A stretch of 63,539 nt of DNA, counting the filler, from a bacterium (GTDB lineage Bacteria; UBP15; UBA6099; JAJRTR01): NCBI GenBank assembly GCA_024278215.1. It is 4 parts of 4 records of this genome, joined end to end, with 100 filler letters (N's around TTAATTAATTAA, not from the genome) between each part and the next. Parts side by side here need not be neighbours in the genome. Positions count along the whole stretch, not along the records: positions 1 to 25,889 come from JAJRTR010000147.1; positions 25,990 to 47,712 come from JAJRTR010000154.1; 2 more parts are not named here. One strand, given 5' to 3'. The notes under the pieces were generated by a model. The model saw only the letters and a program-made list of their open reading frames with translations, ran no database searches and had not been told where the DNA came from. The translations under genes were made by a program, and so were the position numbers. This document shows positions 19,723 to 28,017 of this stretch, one piece after another (position 1 is the first letter of the stretch; the number at the start of each line of letters is the position of its first letter).

Positions 19723-20883
19723 GTGAAATTTACAAAAAGAATAGATAAAATACCACCATACCCTTTCGCAATTCTCGATCAGAAAAAACAGGAAGCGATA
19801 GAGCGTGGACAAGACGTAATAAGTCTCGGCATAGGCGATCCCGACTTGCCGACACCGCAGAAGATCATCGATACGCTGTGCAAAGAGGCGGCGAACCCTG
19901 CGAATCACCAGTATCCATCTTATGAAGGAATGCCGGTTTTCAGGGAAACAGCCGCGGAATGGATGAAAAACAGGTTCGGGGTGGAGGCGGACCCGAAGAG
20001 CGAGATAATCTCACTCATAGGCTCCAAGGAAGGCATAGCGCATATATATCCCGCGTTTGTGCAACTCGGCGACATTTCACTCGTGCCGGCTCCCGCATAT
20101 CCCGTATACAATGTCGCCACCATCCTTGCGGACGGCACACCTTATGTGATGCCGCTTAAACGGAGAAGCGGATTTCTGCCCGACTTTGATATCATATCAA
20201 CTGAAGTACTGAAAAAAGCGCGGATAATGTTTATCAATTATCCGAATAATCCTACCGGCGCTGTAGCCTCGCTCGAGTTTTTCGAAAAAGCAGTAAAGTT
20301 TGCATGCGATAATGATATTATACTTTGCCACGACGCCGCATACACCGAACTTACTTTCGACGATTATGAAGCGCCCAGCATTCTGGAGGTAGACGGCGCA
20401 AAGGACGTTGCCGTCGAATTCCACTCGATGTCGAAAACATTCTGCATGACCGGATGGCGTGTAGGTTTTGTCGTCGGCAATAAGGACATAATCGCCGGGC
20501 TTTCCAGAGTAAAAACAAACATCGACTCGGGATTGTTCCAGGCGATACAGTATGCGGCGATAACGGCCATGAACGATGTTGTGGACGAGCAACTGGAGAT
20601 AAGAAGCATCTTTCAGCAGCGCCGCGATATACTTGTCGACGGATTGAAGAGTCTGGGTTGGGACGTGGACCTGCCGAAGGCCACATTCTATCTATGGGCT
20701 CCGGTGCCTACCGATGAAACTTCCGTAGAATTCTGCTCGCGCGTGATAAAAGAAACCGGTGTCCTGATAACTCCCGGTGTCGGCTTCGGCGAAGAAGGCG
20801 AAGGCTTCTTCCGTATTTGCTTCACGCAATCCGTGGAGCGCATCGAAGAAGCTGTCGGCAGGCTCTCGAAAATGAAATTGTGA
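19723..20883 (+). CDS. dapL: LL-diaminopimelate aminotransferase (class I PLP)
   Basis: PPYPFA, LGIGDPDLPTP, NYPNNPTGA, EFHSMSKTFCMTGWRVG; follows dapF. Confidence 0.85.
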   Translation: MKFTKRIDKIPPYPFAILDQKKQEAIERGQDVISLGIGDPDLPTPQKIIDTLCKEAANPANHQYPSYEGMPVFRETAAEWMKNRFGVEADPKSEIISLIGSKEGIAHIYPAFVQLGDISLVPAPAYPVYNVATILADGTPYVMPLKRRSGFLPDFDIISTEVLKKARIMFINYPNNPTGAVASLEFFEKAVKFACDNDIILCHDAAYTELTFDDYEAPSILEVDGAKDVAVEFHSMSKTFCMTGWRVGFVVGNKDIIAGLSRVKTNIDSGLFQAIQYAAITAMNDVVDEQLEIRSIFQQRRDILVDGLKSLGWDVDLPKATFYLWAPVPTDETSVEFCSRVIKETGVLITPGVGFGEEGEGFFRICFTQSVERIEEAVGRLSKMKL

Positions 20884-21058
20884 GATGGAACAGGCCACAG
20901 TTCGCAACCGGTGAAAATGTTGAAGGTGAGTATCAGGGGGGGCTTCTGAAGCCTTCAGTCTGTGTGTTCTCGTGTTGGCCCCCGGGGACGAGATGAATTT
21001 CCATAATCAACCCGAATTGACCGAATTCCGAACTTTGCCTGGTTCCGGCTATGCGGGA

Positions 21059-22141
21059 TCAGGAATCGAGGAGATGGAGCGCGCCGGGGTCGAGTTGGAG
21101 TTTGACATCTGTGCCTTCCTGCAACATGCCTGCGACTTTCGGGTTGGGTGCCTGGACAAGTATCTTTTGACCGGCGGCGGTGAATGTGTACTCGATGTCA
21201 CTGCCCATATAGACGGCGCGTGAAACGGTAGCGGGTATACCGTCCGCGTTTTCCGGCAGTATTTCGAGAGCCTCAGGCCGCAGGACCGCTTCCACCCGCC
21301 TGTCCAGCCTGATCTTATGTCCGGGTTGAATGATAGTGAATTCGCCGCCGAGTATTCTCGCTTTGATGTTGTCGCCGTCGATGGACTGGATTTCCGCTGG
21401 AACAAAGTTGACTTTGCCGAAGAATGAAGCGACGAAGCAGGAGGCGGGCCGCTCGTATATGTCGCGCGGCGTGCCGACCTGTTCGATAATTCCTTCGCGC
21501 ATGACGACAATGCGGTCGGATATGCAGACGGCTTCTTCCTGGTCGTGTGTGACGTATATGCTGGTGATGCTCAGACTCTGCTGTATGCGACGTATTTCGT
21601 CGCGCATCTGCACCCTGAGCCGGGCATCGAGGTTGCTGAGTGGCTCGTCGAAGAGCAGTACGGAAGGTTCGTTGATGAGAGCGCGAGAGAGAGCCACACG
21701 TTGTTGCTGGCCGCCGGAAAGTTGTCCGGGCATGCGGTCTTCCATCCCTTCGAGTCCGACAGAAGCCATGATATTCACGACTTTATCTTTGATCTGCGCG
21801 CGAGGCATTTTCTTTTTTATGCGCAGACCATAGGCGATGTTGTTGAAGATCGTCATGTGAGGAAACAGCGCGTAGCTCTGGAACACCATCGATGTATTAC
21901 GGCGGTTGGGCGGCAGGTATCCAACGGGGGCGCTGTCGATGAAAATCTCGCCCTTGGTCGGAATTTAGAATCCGCCGATCATCCGCAGTATTGTCGTTTT
22001 GCCGCAGCCAGAGGGGCCGAGAAGTGTGAATAATTCACCCTTTTTTACGGAAAACGAGACATCGTCGACGGCAACTACCGCCCTGTTCTGCTTGTCTTCG
22101 AAAATCTTTGTTATGTTTTTCAGTTCAAGTCCGGCTGAGGA
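21059..22141 (-). pseudogene. ABC transporter ATPase (FbpC/PotA-like) with an in-frame TAA at 21965-21967
   Basis: ORFs 21965-22150 (Walker A GPSGCGKT) and 21059-21889 (LSGGQQQR, DEPLSNLD) share one frame and read GGF*IPTKGEIFID..PPNRRNTSMVFQSYALFPH. Confidence 0.8.
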
Positions 22142-22165
22142 CATTTGCAACTCCTGTAACAGGTG

Positions 22166-23467
22166 TTATCTCGTTTTCGAGAACAATGATTTTTTCCACA
22201 GGTCGTAGCGGTCGAGATACCCGTTATCTTTGTACCATTCGATTGTTTCGCGCATACCTTCCAGCAGATCGGGATACAGAAATTCGTAGCCCAGCGACCT
22301 GAGTTTATCGTTGCTGAACGTATACACCGCTTTGAGATAGTAGACCATGTCTTTCTCGATGAAGGGGCGCGACCCTGTGATTTTCGACAGTGAGCGCGAG
22401 ATGTCGGCCAACTGGTTGCCGAGGCTGAAAAATAAGTCGCGCGGTATGAAGATGGGCATCATTCGCACACCCATCAGCGGGCATACGAATTCCGCGAACT
22501 CACGCAATGTGTATCTCGTATTGTCGATTACGTTATAAGCTTCTCCGATTGCTTCTTTCCTGTCGGCGAGAAAATGCGCCGCGTTGCATACATCCCTGAC
22601 ATGTACGCCAACCATGTAGTTGTCGATGTTGACGGGGAACGGAAGTATCGGGAATTTCGCCATTAAGAACAGGATCGTGGCCATGCCGTAAGTGTTGCGC
22701 GGGCCGTAGACGGGCGCGGGTCTGACGATGCTGACCGGCAACCCTTTTTCAGTGTATTCGAGTCCGACTTCTTCCTGCATGAGTTTCGAGCGTTCGTAGT
22801 TTGTGCCGGGTCTCTTGGCGTTGTCCTCGACGACGGGCAGTTCGTCCGCTTCCGGGTAGCCGTAGACCGAAACGGTCGAGAAAAGCAGGAACCGCTTCAC
22901 GCCGGCGTCGAGCGAGAAGTCGCAGATATTGCGCATGCCGAATACGTTGACCCTCTCGCACAGTTCCCAGGGAGCCTCGTAGTCGAATATCGCTGCCGGA
23001 TGATAGACATAGTCTATTTTATTCGCAAAAAGTTTTTTAAGCGACTCGGTGTTTGTGATGTCCGCCGGGATGAAGTTGGCTTTCGCGTTGAGAAATTCGC
23101 GTGGAGCGGATTCAAGGTCTGTTGCGATTACGTTGTAGCCCTTTTCTATCAGCAGGTCGACCATGTGACCGCCGGCGAACCCGCACGCGCCTGTCACAAG
23201 TGTTGTCAGCTGCGCATTTGATTCGGCAGCTTTCTTTTTGGAAACAGTTTTTTTGCCGGACACAGTTTTTTTCGAAGATTTTTTCGCAGTCGCTTTCCTT
23301 GTTGTTGTCTTCTTAACTGGTTTTTTCTTTACAATCTTTTTCTTTGCCGCAGTCTTCTTTGCAGATTTCCCGGCAGTTGTTTTTTTCTTTGCCGCAGTCT
23401 TCTTTTTTGGGGCAGCTTTCTTTTTGGGTGCCGATTTTTTCTTAGCAGTTGTTTTTTTCTTTGCCAT
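22166..23467 (-). CDS. Extended SDR (NAD-dependent epimerase/3-beta-HSD-like) with Lys/Ala/Thr-rich N-terminal tail
   Basis: LVTGACGFAGG, YERSK, IVRPAPVYGP; ATG 23467 with GGAGG RBS. Confidence 0.88.
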   Translation of the reverse strand: MAKKKTTAKKKSAPKKKAAPKKKTAAKKKTTAGKSAKKTAAKKKIVKKKPVKKTTTRKATAKKSSKKTVSGKKTVSKKKAAESNAQLTTLVTGACGFAGGHMVDLLIEKGYNVIATDLESAPREFLNAKANFIPADITNTESLKKLFANKIDYVYHPAAIFDYEAPWELCERVNVFGMRNICDFSLDAGVKRFLLFSTVSVYGYPEADELPVVEDNAKRPGTNYERSKLMQEEVGLEYTEKGLPVSIVRPAPVYGPRNTYGMATILFLMAKFPILPFPVNIDNYMVGVHVRDVCNAAHFLADRKEAIGEAYNVIDNTRYTLREFAEFVCPLMGVRMMPIFIPRDLFFSLGNQLADISRSLSKITGSRPFIEKDMVYYLKAVYTFSNDKLRSLGYEFLYPDLLEGMRETIEWYKDNGYLDRYDLWKKSLFSKTR

Positions 23468-23740
23468 TGTCCTGTACCTCCACGGAATCGATATCATGCA
23501 CCGTGCACAATCTTGACGAGTCGGTTTTTCGTGCGTAAAGAAAACACGTAAACCGCGCGATGAGGCGGTAATTACCAGACGGAGTTCCGAAGCGCAGGTT
23601 ACGGAACAGACGATTCACAGGTTCTTACCGGTTCCCGCCGAATGTTGTGTTGCACACGGGCCGTGCTCCCGTCCTCTCTCTATATTTTCCGCAATTGCTT
23701 CCGAAATATTCTATCATTATCTGTTTCTATGCGCTAATAC

Positions 23741-25555
23741 TCATAATAAAGTCTGCATCTGCGCCGCTTTCATATTGCGCTCGCCCATGCCTCTGACGAG
23801 GAGTTGGATCACGCCGAGAGCAACGAGAACGAACAGCATCAGGACAACACTGAGAGCGGCGGCCTGGCTGTAATCGCTGTTGTCTATAGCTTCGAGAATA
23901 GCGATTGTGATAAGAGGCAGGTTACCTGTTGAAAGAAAAATCACGGCGCTGATGGCCGTCATACATTTAACGAAACTGTAAGCGAGTCCGCTGAAAAAAG
24001 CCGGAGCGATGAGCGGCAGGGTAATATTGAAGAAAGTCTGGGCGCTCGATGCGCCGAGGTCGAGTGATGCTTCTTCGATGGAGTTGTCGATCTGTTGTAT
24101 ACTCGCGATTCCCGACCTGATGCCGACAGGCATATTCCTGAAAACGAAAAGCATAACGATGAGAAACGGCGAGCCGTAAAAAAGCAGGTCATGTATCTTT
24201 TCCGCCGTAATCGAACCGAAAACGCCTGTCATGAAAGCCGGTACTTTGTTGAATGCGAGTATGTAGCCTATGCCGACAAATGTGCCGGGTGTCGCGAAAG
24301 TCAGCATGGCAGTGAATTCCATAAGGCTGCGTCCGGGAAACCTGCGGCGCACGACAAGGAAGGCAATCATCATGCCGATCAGGCCTGTGATCGGTGTAGC
24401 CACGGCGGCAAGTTCCAGTGAGATGAGTATCGCCCGCAGGTAGTCGGAACCGCTTTCGAAAAGTTCGACATAATTCTTTATGGTCAGTGTGTTGTCCGCG
24501 CCCCACTGCTTTGTAAACGAACCGAAAACCACCATTCCGTAGAAAAGGAAAATCAGTCCCACGAAGAATAAGCAAGCAGCGAAAAAACCGGCTTTTGTCG
24601 GCAGAGAAACTTCCTTGATCGCGCCGCTGCCGGGTTTGCCTGTAACTGTCACAAACGATTTCTTCTCGAGCCAGTACTTTTGTATCATGAAAGCGAGGAG
24701 AGAGGGGATCAACAGCATGATGGCGAGCAGCGACGCGCCGGAAAGGTCGTGCAGTGCGCCGACAACGAGCAGGTACGCCTGTGTTGTGAGCACTTCGTAG
24801 TTGCCGGAAATCACCAGAGGCGTTCCGAAATCCGCCAGCGACTCGATGAACAGCAACAGCATTGAAGCCGCCACACCCGGCAGCGACAGCGGAAATGTGA
24901 CTGTCCAGAACACACGCCAGCGCGACGCGCCAAGGTCCATCGCCGCTTCTTCAAGCGATGTATCTATCGCTCCCAGAACTCCCACCAGCAGCAGGAACGC
25001 CATAGGGAAATATGACAGCGTTTCGAATGTCACCAGTCCGTTGAATCCGAATATTTCGAATCCCATTTTGTAGATGTCGACGCTGTGTGCGTAGAGGAAA
25101 TTTGTAATGCAGCCGTTGCGGCCAAGCAATAGAATGCCCGCCATAGCAACAACAAACGGCGGCGAAATTATAGGGAATGTTGCGACAACTCGGAAAAAAC
25201 CCTGGCCGGGCATCCTGATGCGGGTCAGTGAATATGCGAAGATGTAGCCGACAAAGGTTCCGATCGAAGCAACCCAGAAGCCTACTTTTACGCTCCTGAG
25301 AAAAGGCCCGTAATAATATGATTTGGTAACTATATCGGCGATGGATGAAATCAGGGAGCGGTCTTCACGGAACAACCCAGTCGCCGCGACAAGATACAGC
25401 GGATAGACAACATAGACACCGAGCAGCGCAAAAATACCGATGATAATAATCAGCAACGCCGGCTCGGAAGCCAGTCTTCGCAGTTCGATAACTATTTCTT
25501 TGAGACGTTTCATTACCGGGTTTTTTCCAGGTTGCGTAAGCTGTATTCCGCTCAC
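23741..25555 (-). CDS. ABC permease, FbpB-type (two fused permease domains); start may be ATG 25513
   Basis: Two EAA loops (LEEAAMDLGAS, IEEASLDLGAS), SLADFGTP, many TM segments. Confidence 0.9.
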   Translation of the reverse strand: MSGIQLTQPGKNPVMKRLKEIVIELRRLASEPALLIIIIGIFALLGVYVVYPLYLVAATGLFREDRSLISSIADIVTKSYYYGPFLRSVKVGFWVASIGTFVGYIFAYSLTRIRMPGQGFFRVVATFPIISPPFVVAMAGILLLGRNGCITNFLYAHSVDIYKMGFEIFGFNGLVTFETLSYFPMAFLLLVGVLGAIDTSLEEAAMDLGASRWRVFWTVTFPLSLPGVAASMLLLFIESLADFGTPLVISGNYEVLTTQAYLLVVGALHDLSGASLLAIMLLIPSLLAFMIQKYWLEKKSFVTVTGKPGSGAIKEVSLPTKAGFFAACLFFVGLIFLFYGMVVFGSFTKQWGADNTLTIKNYVELFESGSDYLRAILISLELAAVATPITGLIGMMIAFLVVRRRFPGRSLMEFTAMLTFATPGTFVGIGYILAFNKVPAFMTGVFGSITAEKIHDLLFYGSPFLIVMLFVFRNMPVGIRSGIASIQQIDNSIEEASLDLGASSAQTFFNITLPLIAPAFFSGLAYSFVKCMTAISAVIFLSTGNLPLITIAILEAIDNSDYSQAAALSVVLMLFVLVALGVIQLLVRGMGERNMKAAQMQTLL

Positions 25556-25654
25556 AGGTTGCAGTATCTCGCTTCACTGCCCCTACTATTATATATTAGA
25601 CAAAAATACTTTGTAAAACAGCGTGGTTGTTCATGCACCGAAATGAAAATTGGA

Positions 25655-25889
25655 ACAGGCCCTTAAGGGAAATCTCGCGACAACGCATTGTCGCGAAAAT
25701 CAAGCAGCGATACCAAGGGGCTCAAAGATATCGAGCATCACATTGCGTAGTGAACGGTAATGGTCATCAATTACGCCGAGGTTATTAGTGTGGCCGCAGT
25801 CGGTGTGGGATGGGCCGACACCGGCAATGATAGGAATCAGAACTTTATCGCGCAATAAAATAAATGCGACCATGGATTTCAAACCCGAC
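25655..25889 (-). mobile_element. 3' end of a putative transposase-like gene plus terminal hairpin, truncated by gap
   Basis: C-terminus GLKSMVAFILLRDKVLIPIIAG..IDDHYRSL..LGIAA* recalls a multicopy family often mis-annotated as MarR-like (from memory); perfect stem TCGCGACAA-cgca-TTGTCGCGA at 25675-25696; sits at contig end. Confidence 0.45.
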
Positions 25890-25989
25890 NNNNNNNNNNN
25901 NNNNNNNNNNNNNNNNNNNNNNNNNNNNNNNNNTTAATTAATTAANNNNNNNNNNNNNNNNNNNNNNNNNNNNNNNNNNNNNNNNNNNN
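25890..25989. other. Assembly gap / contig linker
   Basis: N-run with central TTAATTAATTAA. Confidence 0.99.
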
Positions 25990-26015
25990 CGAACATAATT
26001 TTGCAATTGGCTCTA
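25990..26015 (+). repeat. Repeat family A, terminal fragment at contig start
   Basis: CGAACATAATTTTGCAATTGGCTCTA matches right end of full copies. Confidence 0.85.
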
Positions 26016-26079
26016 TCGGATGTGCTTTTTCGCTTCTATCATTATTTCAATCCACAGATTCCGTGGGAAAAATGAAGGG

Positions 26080-26583
26080 TTATTTTTTCCTCGGTGAAAT
26101 GAATGCGGCGGGCACACCTCCCACCACACTGAAAGGTTCGACATCCCTGGAAACAACGCTTCCGGCAGCGACGACCGCTCCTTCACCAATTCTTATTCCG
26201 GGAAGAAGGATCGCACCGGCGCCGATCCATACATTCCGTCCCACAATCACATCCCCCTCGATATGGGCATCAGCGAACTTGCACCCTGTAACCCGCGTAT
26301 CGTGATTCACTGTAAATATCATCACGCCGGGACCTATAGCGGTGTAATCTCCGATTTTTATCGACGAATTGTCGTGTGCGTACAGCACTGCATTATGGTT
26401 GATGGAGACATTGTCGCCGATTTCGATATTCTCCGGTCTGGCGGTTACCAGGCCCGGATAAACAACTACATTCTTTCCTCTCCTTATTCGTCTGAATTGT
26501 ATGCGTGTATCAGCCTCTCTCAGCATCCTGTAGATGCGGCTCAGGAATCCTTCGGTATATTTGTTTAATAACAAACGATTCAT
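26080..26583 (-). CDS. Hexapeptide-repeat O-acetyltransferase (maltose/galactoside type)
   Basis: IEIGDNVSI, VWIGAGAILLPGIRIGEGAVVAAGSVV, VGGVPA; upstream ORF extension is repeat A. Confidence 0.9.
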   Translation of the reverse strand: MNRLLLNKYTEGFLSRIYRMLREADTRIQFRRIRRGKNVVVYPGLVTARPENIEIGDNVSINHNAVLYAHDNSSIKIGDYTAIGPGVMIFTVNHDTRVTGCKFADAHIEGDVIVGRNVWIGAGAILLPGIRIGEGAVVAAGSVVSRDVEPFSVVGGVPAAFISPRKK

Positions 26584-26624
26584 AACGGTACTCTTAACTG
26601 ATCTTGTGCGTTTTTCAATATTAT

Positions 26625-26808
26625 GAGCCGATTGCAAAATTCTGATTCTGCTGCGGTCGGCTGCTATTGTCCATAGCTGCGTTGTCGGCACAAAATCGTC
26701 CTCGACGTACTCTACAAGTACGCCTGCGAGGATTTTACACCTCCGCCTTGCTCTGAATAATTTCGCTCGACCTCCCTAGCGCTACGAACATAATTTTGCA
26801 ATTGGCTC
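26625..26808 (+). mobile_element. Repeat family A, ~180-bp palindromic MITE-like element, full copy
   Basis: Terminal inverted repeats GAGCC(G/A)ATTGCAAAATT / AATTTTGCAATTGGCTC; core CCTCGACGTAC..GTACGCCTGCGAGG. Confidence 0.88.
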
Positions 26809-26824
26809 TTATGTGTAAATTTCG

Positions 26825-26898
26825 GGGATATGACCGGAATTTGCCCTTTAATTCCGGATCGTGTCCCCACAAAATTCTCACCTGGCAAAATGTTGCAA
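26825..26898 (+). repeat. Repeat family C, copy 2
   Basis: Matches 19597-19665 and the flanks at 54940-55157. Confidence 0.75.
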
Positions 26899-26901
26899 TG
26901 T

Positions 26902-27909
26902 TCAGGATAAGATAACGTCTTTGACCATCGATTTGAAAAAAGAAAACGGACTGTACACAACCGGCTCGTCGTGCCACAGGAAAGAACAATCGCGACACAG
27001 TGGAACTTCCCTGTACTTTTCCTCGATCAGTTTTCGGCGCATATCCTTCAATTCTTCCGAGTTCCATACTTCAAGTATCGATTGTTCTCTGAGATCACCG
27101 ATGATAAACCTGGCATTGAGATCCGCGCAACAACCGACCACACGACCGTCCCATGATACACTCATTCCGGCCCACAGTTGAAAACATGGAAAATAGTGCG
27201 TGGTCACTCTTGAAAACTCGGGCTTCTCTCCGCTTATATTCTCGGCGGGGATCTGGTGGAAGCCGTCAAGCGGCAACCCTTTGAAAATATCTTTGAATGA
27301 TTGAGAAATATCCATATTCCAATCATCGTTTCCCGCAGTTCCGACTTCCCTGATAAACTGTATTCTGGTCCTGGGTTTCACCGTGCCCCTTTTTTGCTTT
27401 TCCGTGAGGAAACCTATTATATTCCCCAGTGTCTTTTCATATTTTGCGCCGATACGGTTAGCTTCGTATTCCGCCGCGTTTTCCCCGTCGAAACTGAAGC
27501 TTATCGAATCGAGCCCTGCATCGATCAGCTTTCCGGACAACTCACGGTTCAGGCGGGTTGCGTTTGTGTGCATATATGTGAAAAGTCTTTTGTCCGATGC
27601 ATAAGCGATCATATCCACGAGCCCGGAGTGAAGCAGCGGCTCTCCGGCAAGGTAATGGTTAATGGAAATCACTCCTATAGCTGCCGCCTGATCAACTATC
27701 GACCGGTACAGACCCATATCCATAAATCCGGACTCGTTCTTGAAATCTCTTGAGCAAAATCTGCACCTCAAATTGCACTTATTCGTGGGTTCGAGGTTAA
27801 TAGCCGATGGAGCAGGCGTAGAAACTATTTTTCTGTTCAACCACAGATATTTATATCTCCACACTTTGCATGCGTTGATCTTTCGTCTCAAAAAACCGAT
27901 TTTGCCCAT
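26902..27909 (-). CDS. Radical SAM protein with SPASM/twitch domain
   Basis: CNLRCRFC, GEPLLH, TNA; C-terminal PCFQLW..DGRVVGCC..CRDC. Confidence 0.92.
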   Translation of the reverse strand: MGKIGFLRRKINACKVWRYKYLWLNRKIVSTPAPSAINLEPTNKCNLRCRFCSRDFKNESGFMDMGLYRSIVDQAAAIGVISINHYLAGEPLLHSGLVDMIAYASDKRLFTYMHTNATRLNRELSGKLIDAGLDSISFSFDGENAAEYEANRIGAKYEKTLGNIIGFLTEKQKRGTVKPRTRIQFIREVGTAGNDDWNMDISQSFKDIFKGLPLDGFHQIPAENISGEKPEFSRVTTHYFPCFQLWAGMSVSWDGRVVGCCADLNARFIIGDLREQSILEVWNSEELKDMRRKLIEEKYREVPLCRDCSFLWHDEPVVYSPFSFFKSMVKDVILS

Positions 27910-28017
27910 GTTTCCTTCAAACCGCCGTATAATGCTGCTCTTTTGTTTTCCAAGTTAAGTATTTTATACAATTATAAACATTGATTTTTTATATAGCAAA
28001 GGAAACCTGAGAATGAA

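Noticed and set aside
19505-19726. Small ORFs in repeats (also 26712-26960, 29336-29656, 34247-34516, 55734-56102, 62841-63122)
   Set aside because: Their shared peptides simply reflect translation of repeat families A, B, C and E
21965-21967. Stop-codon recoding (Sec/Pyl or alternative code) in the ABC ATPase
   Set aside because: The codon is TAA, which terminates many genes here; the expected residue Glu is one substitution away
25934-25945. TTAATTAATTAA motif repeated three times in the window
   Set aside because: Always centred in a 100-nt N block; an artificial contig linker with stops in all frames
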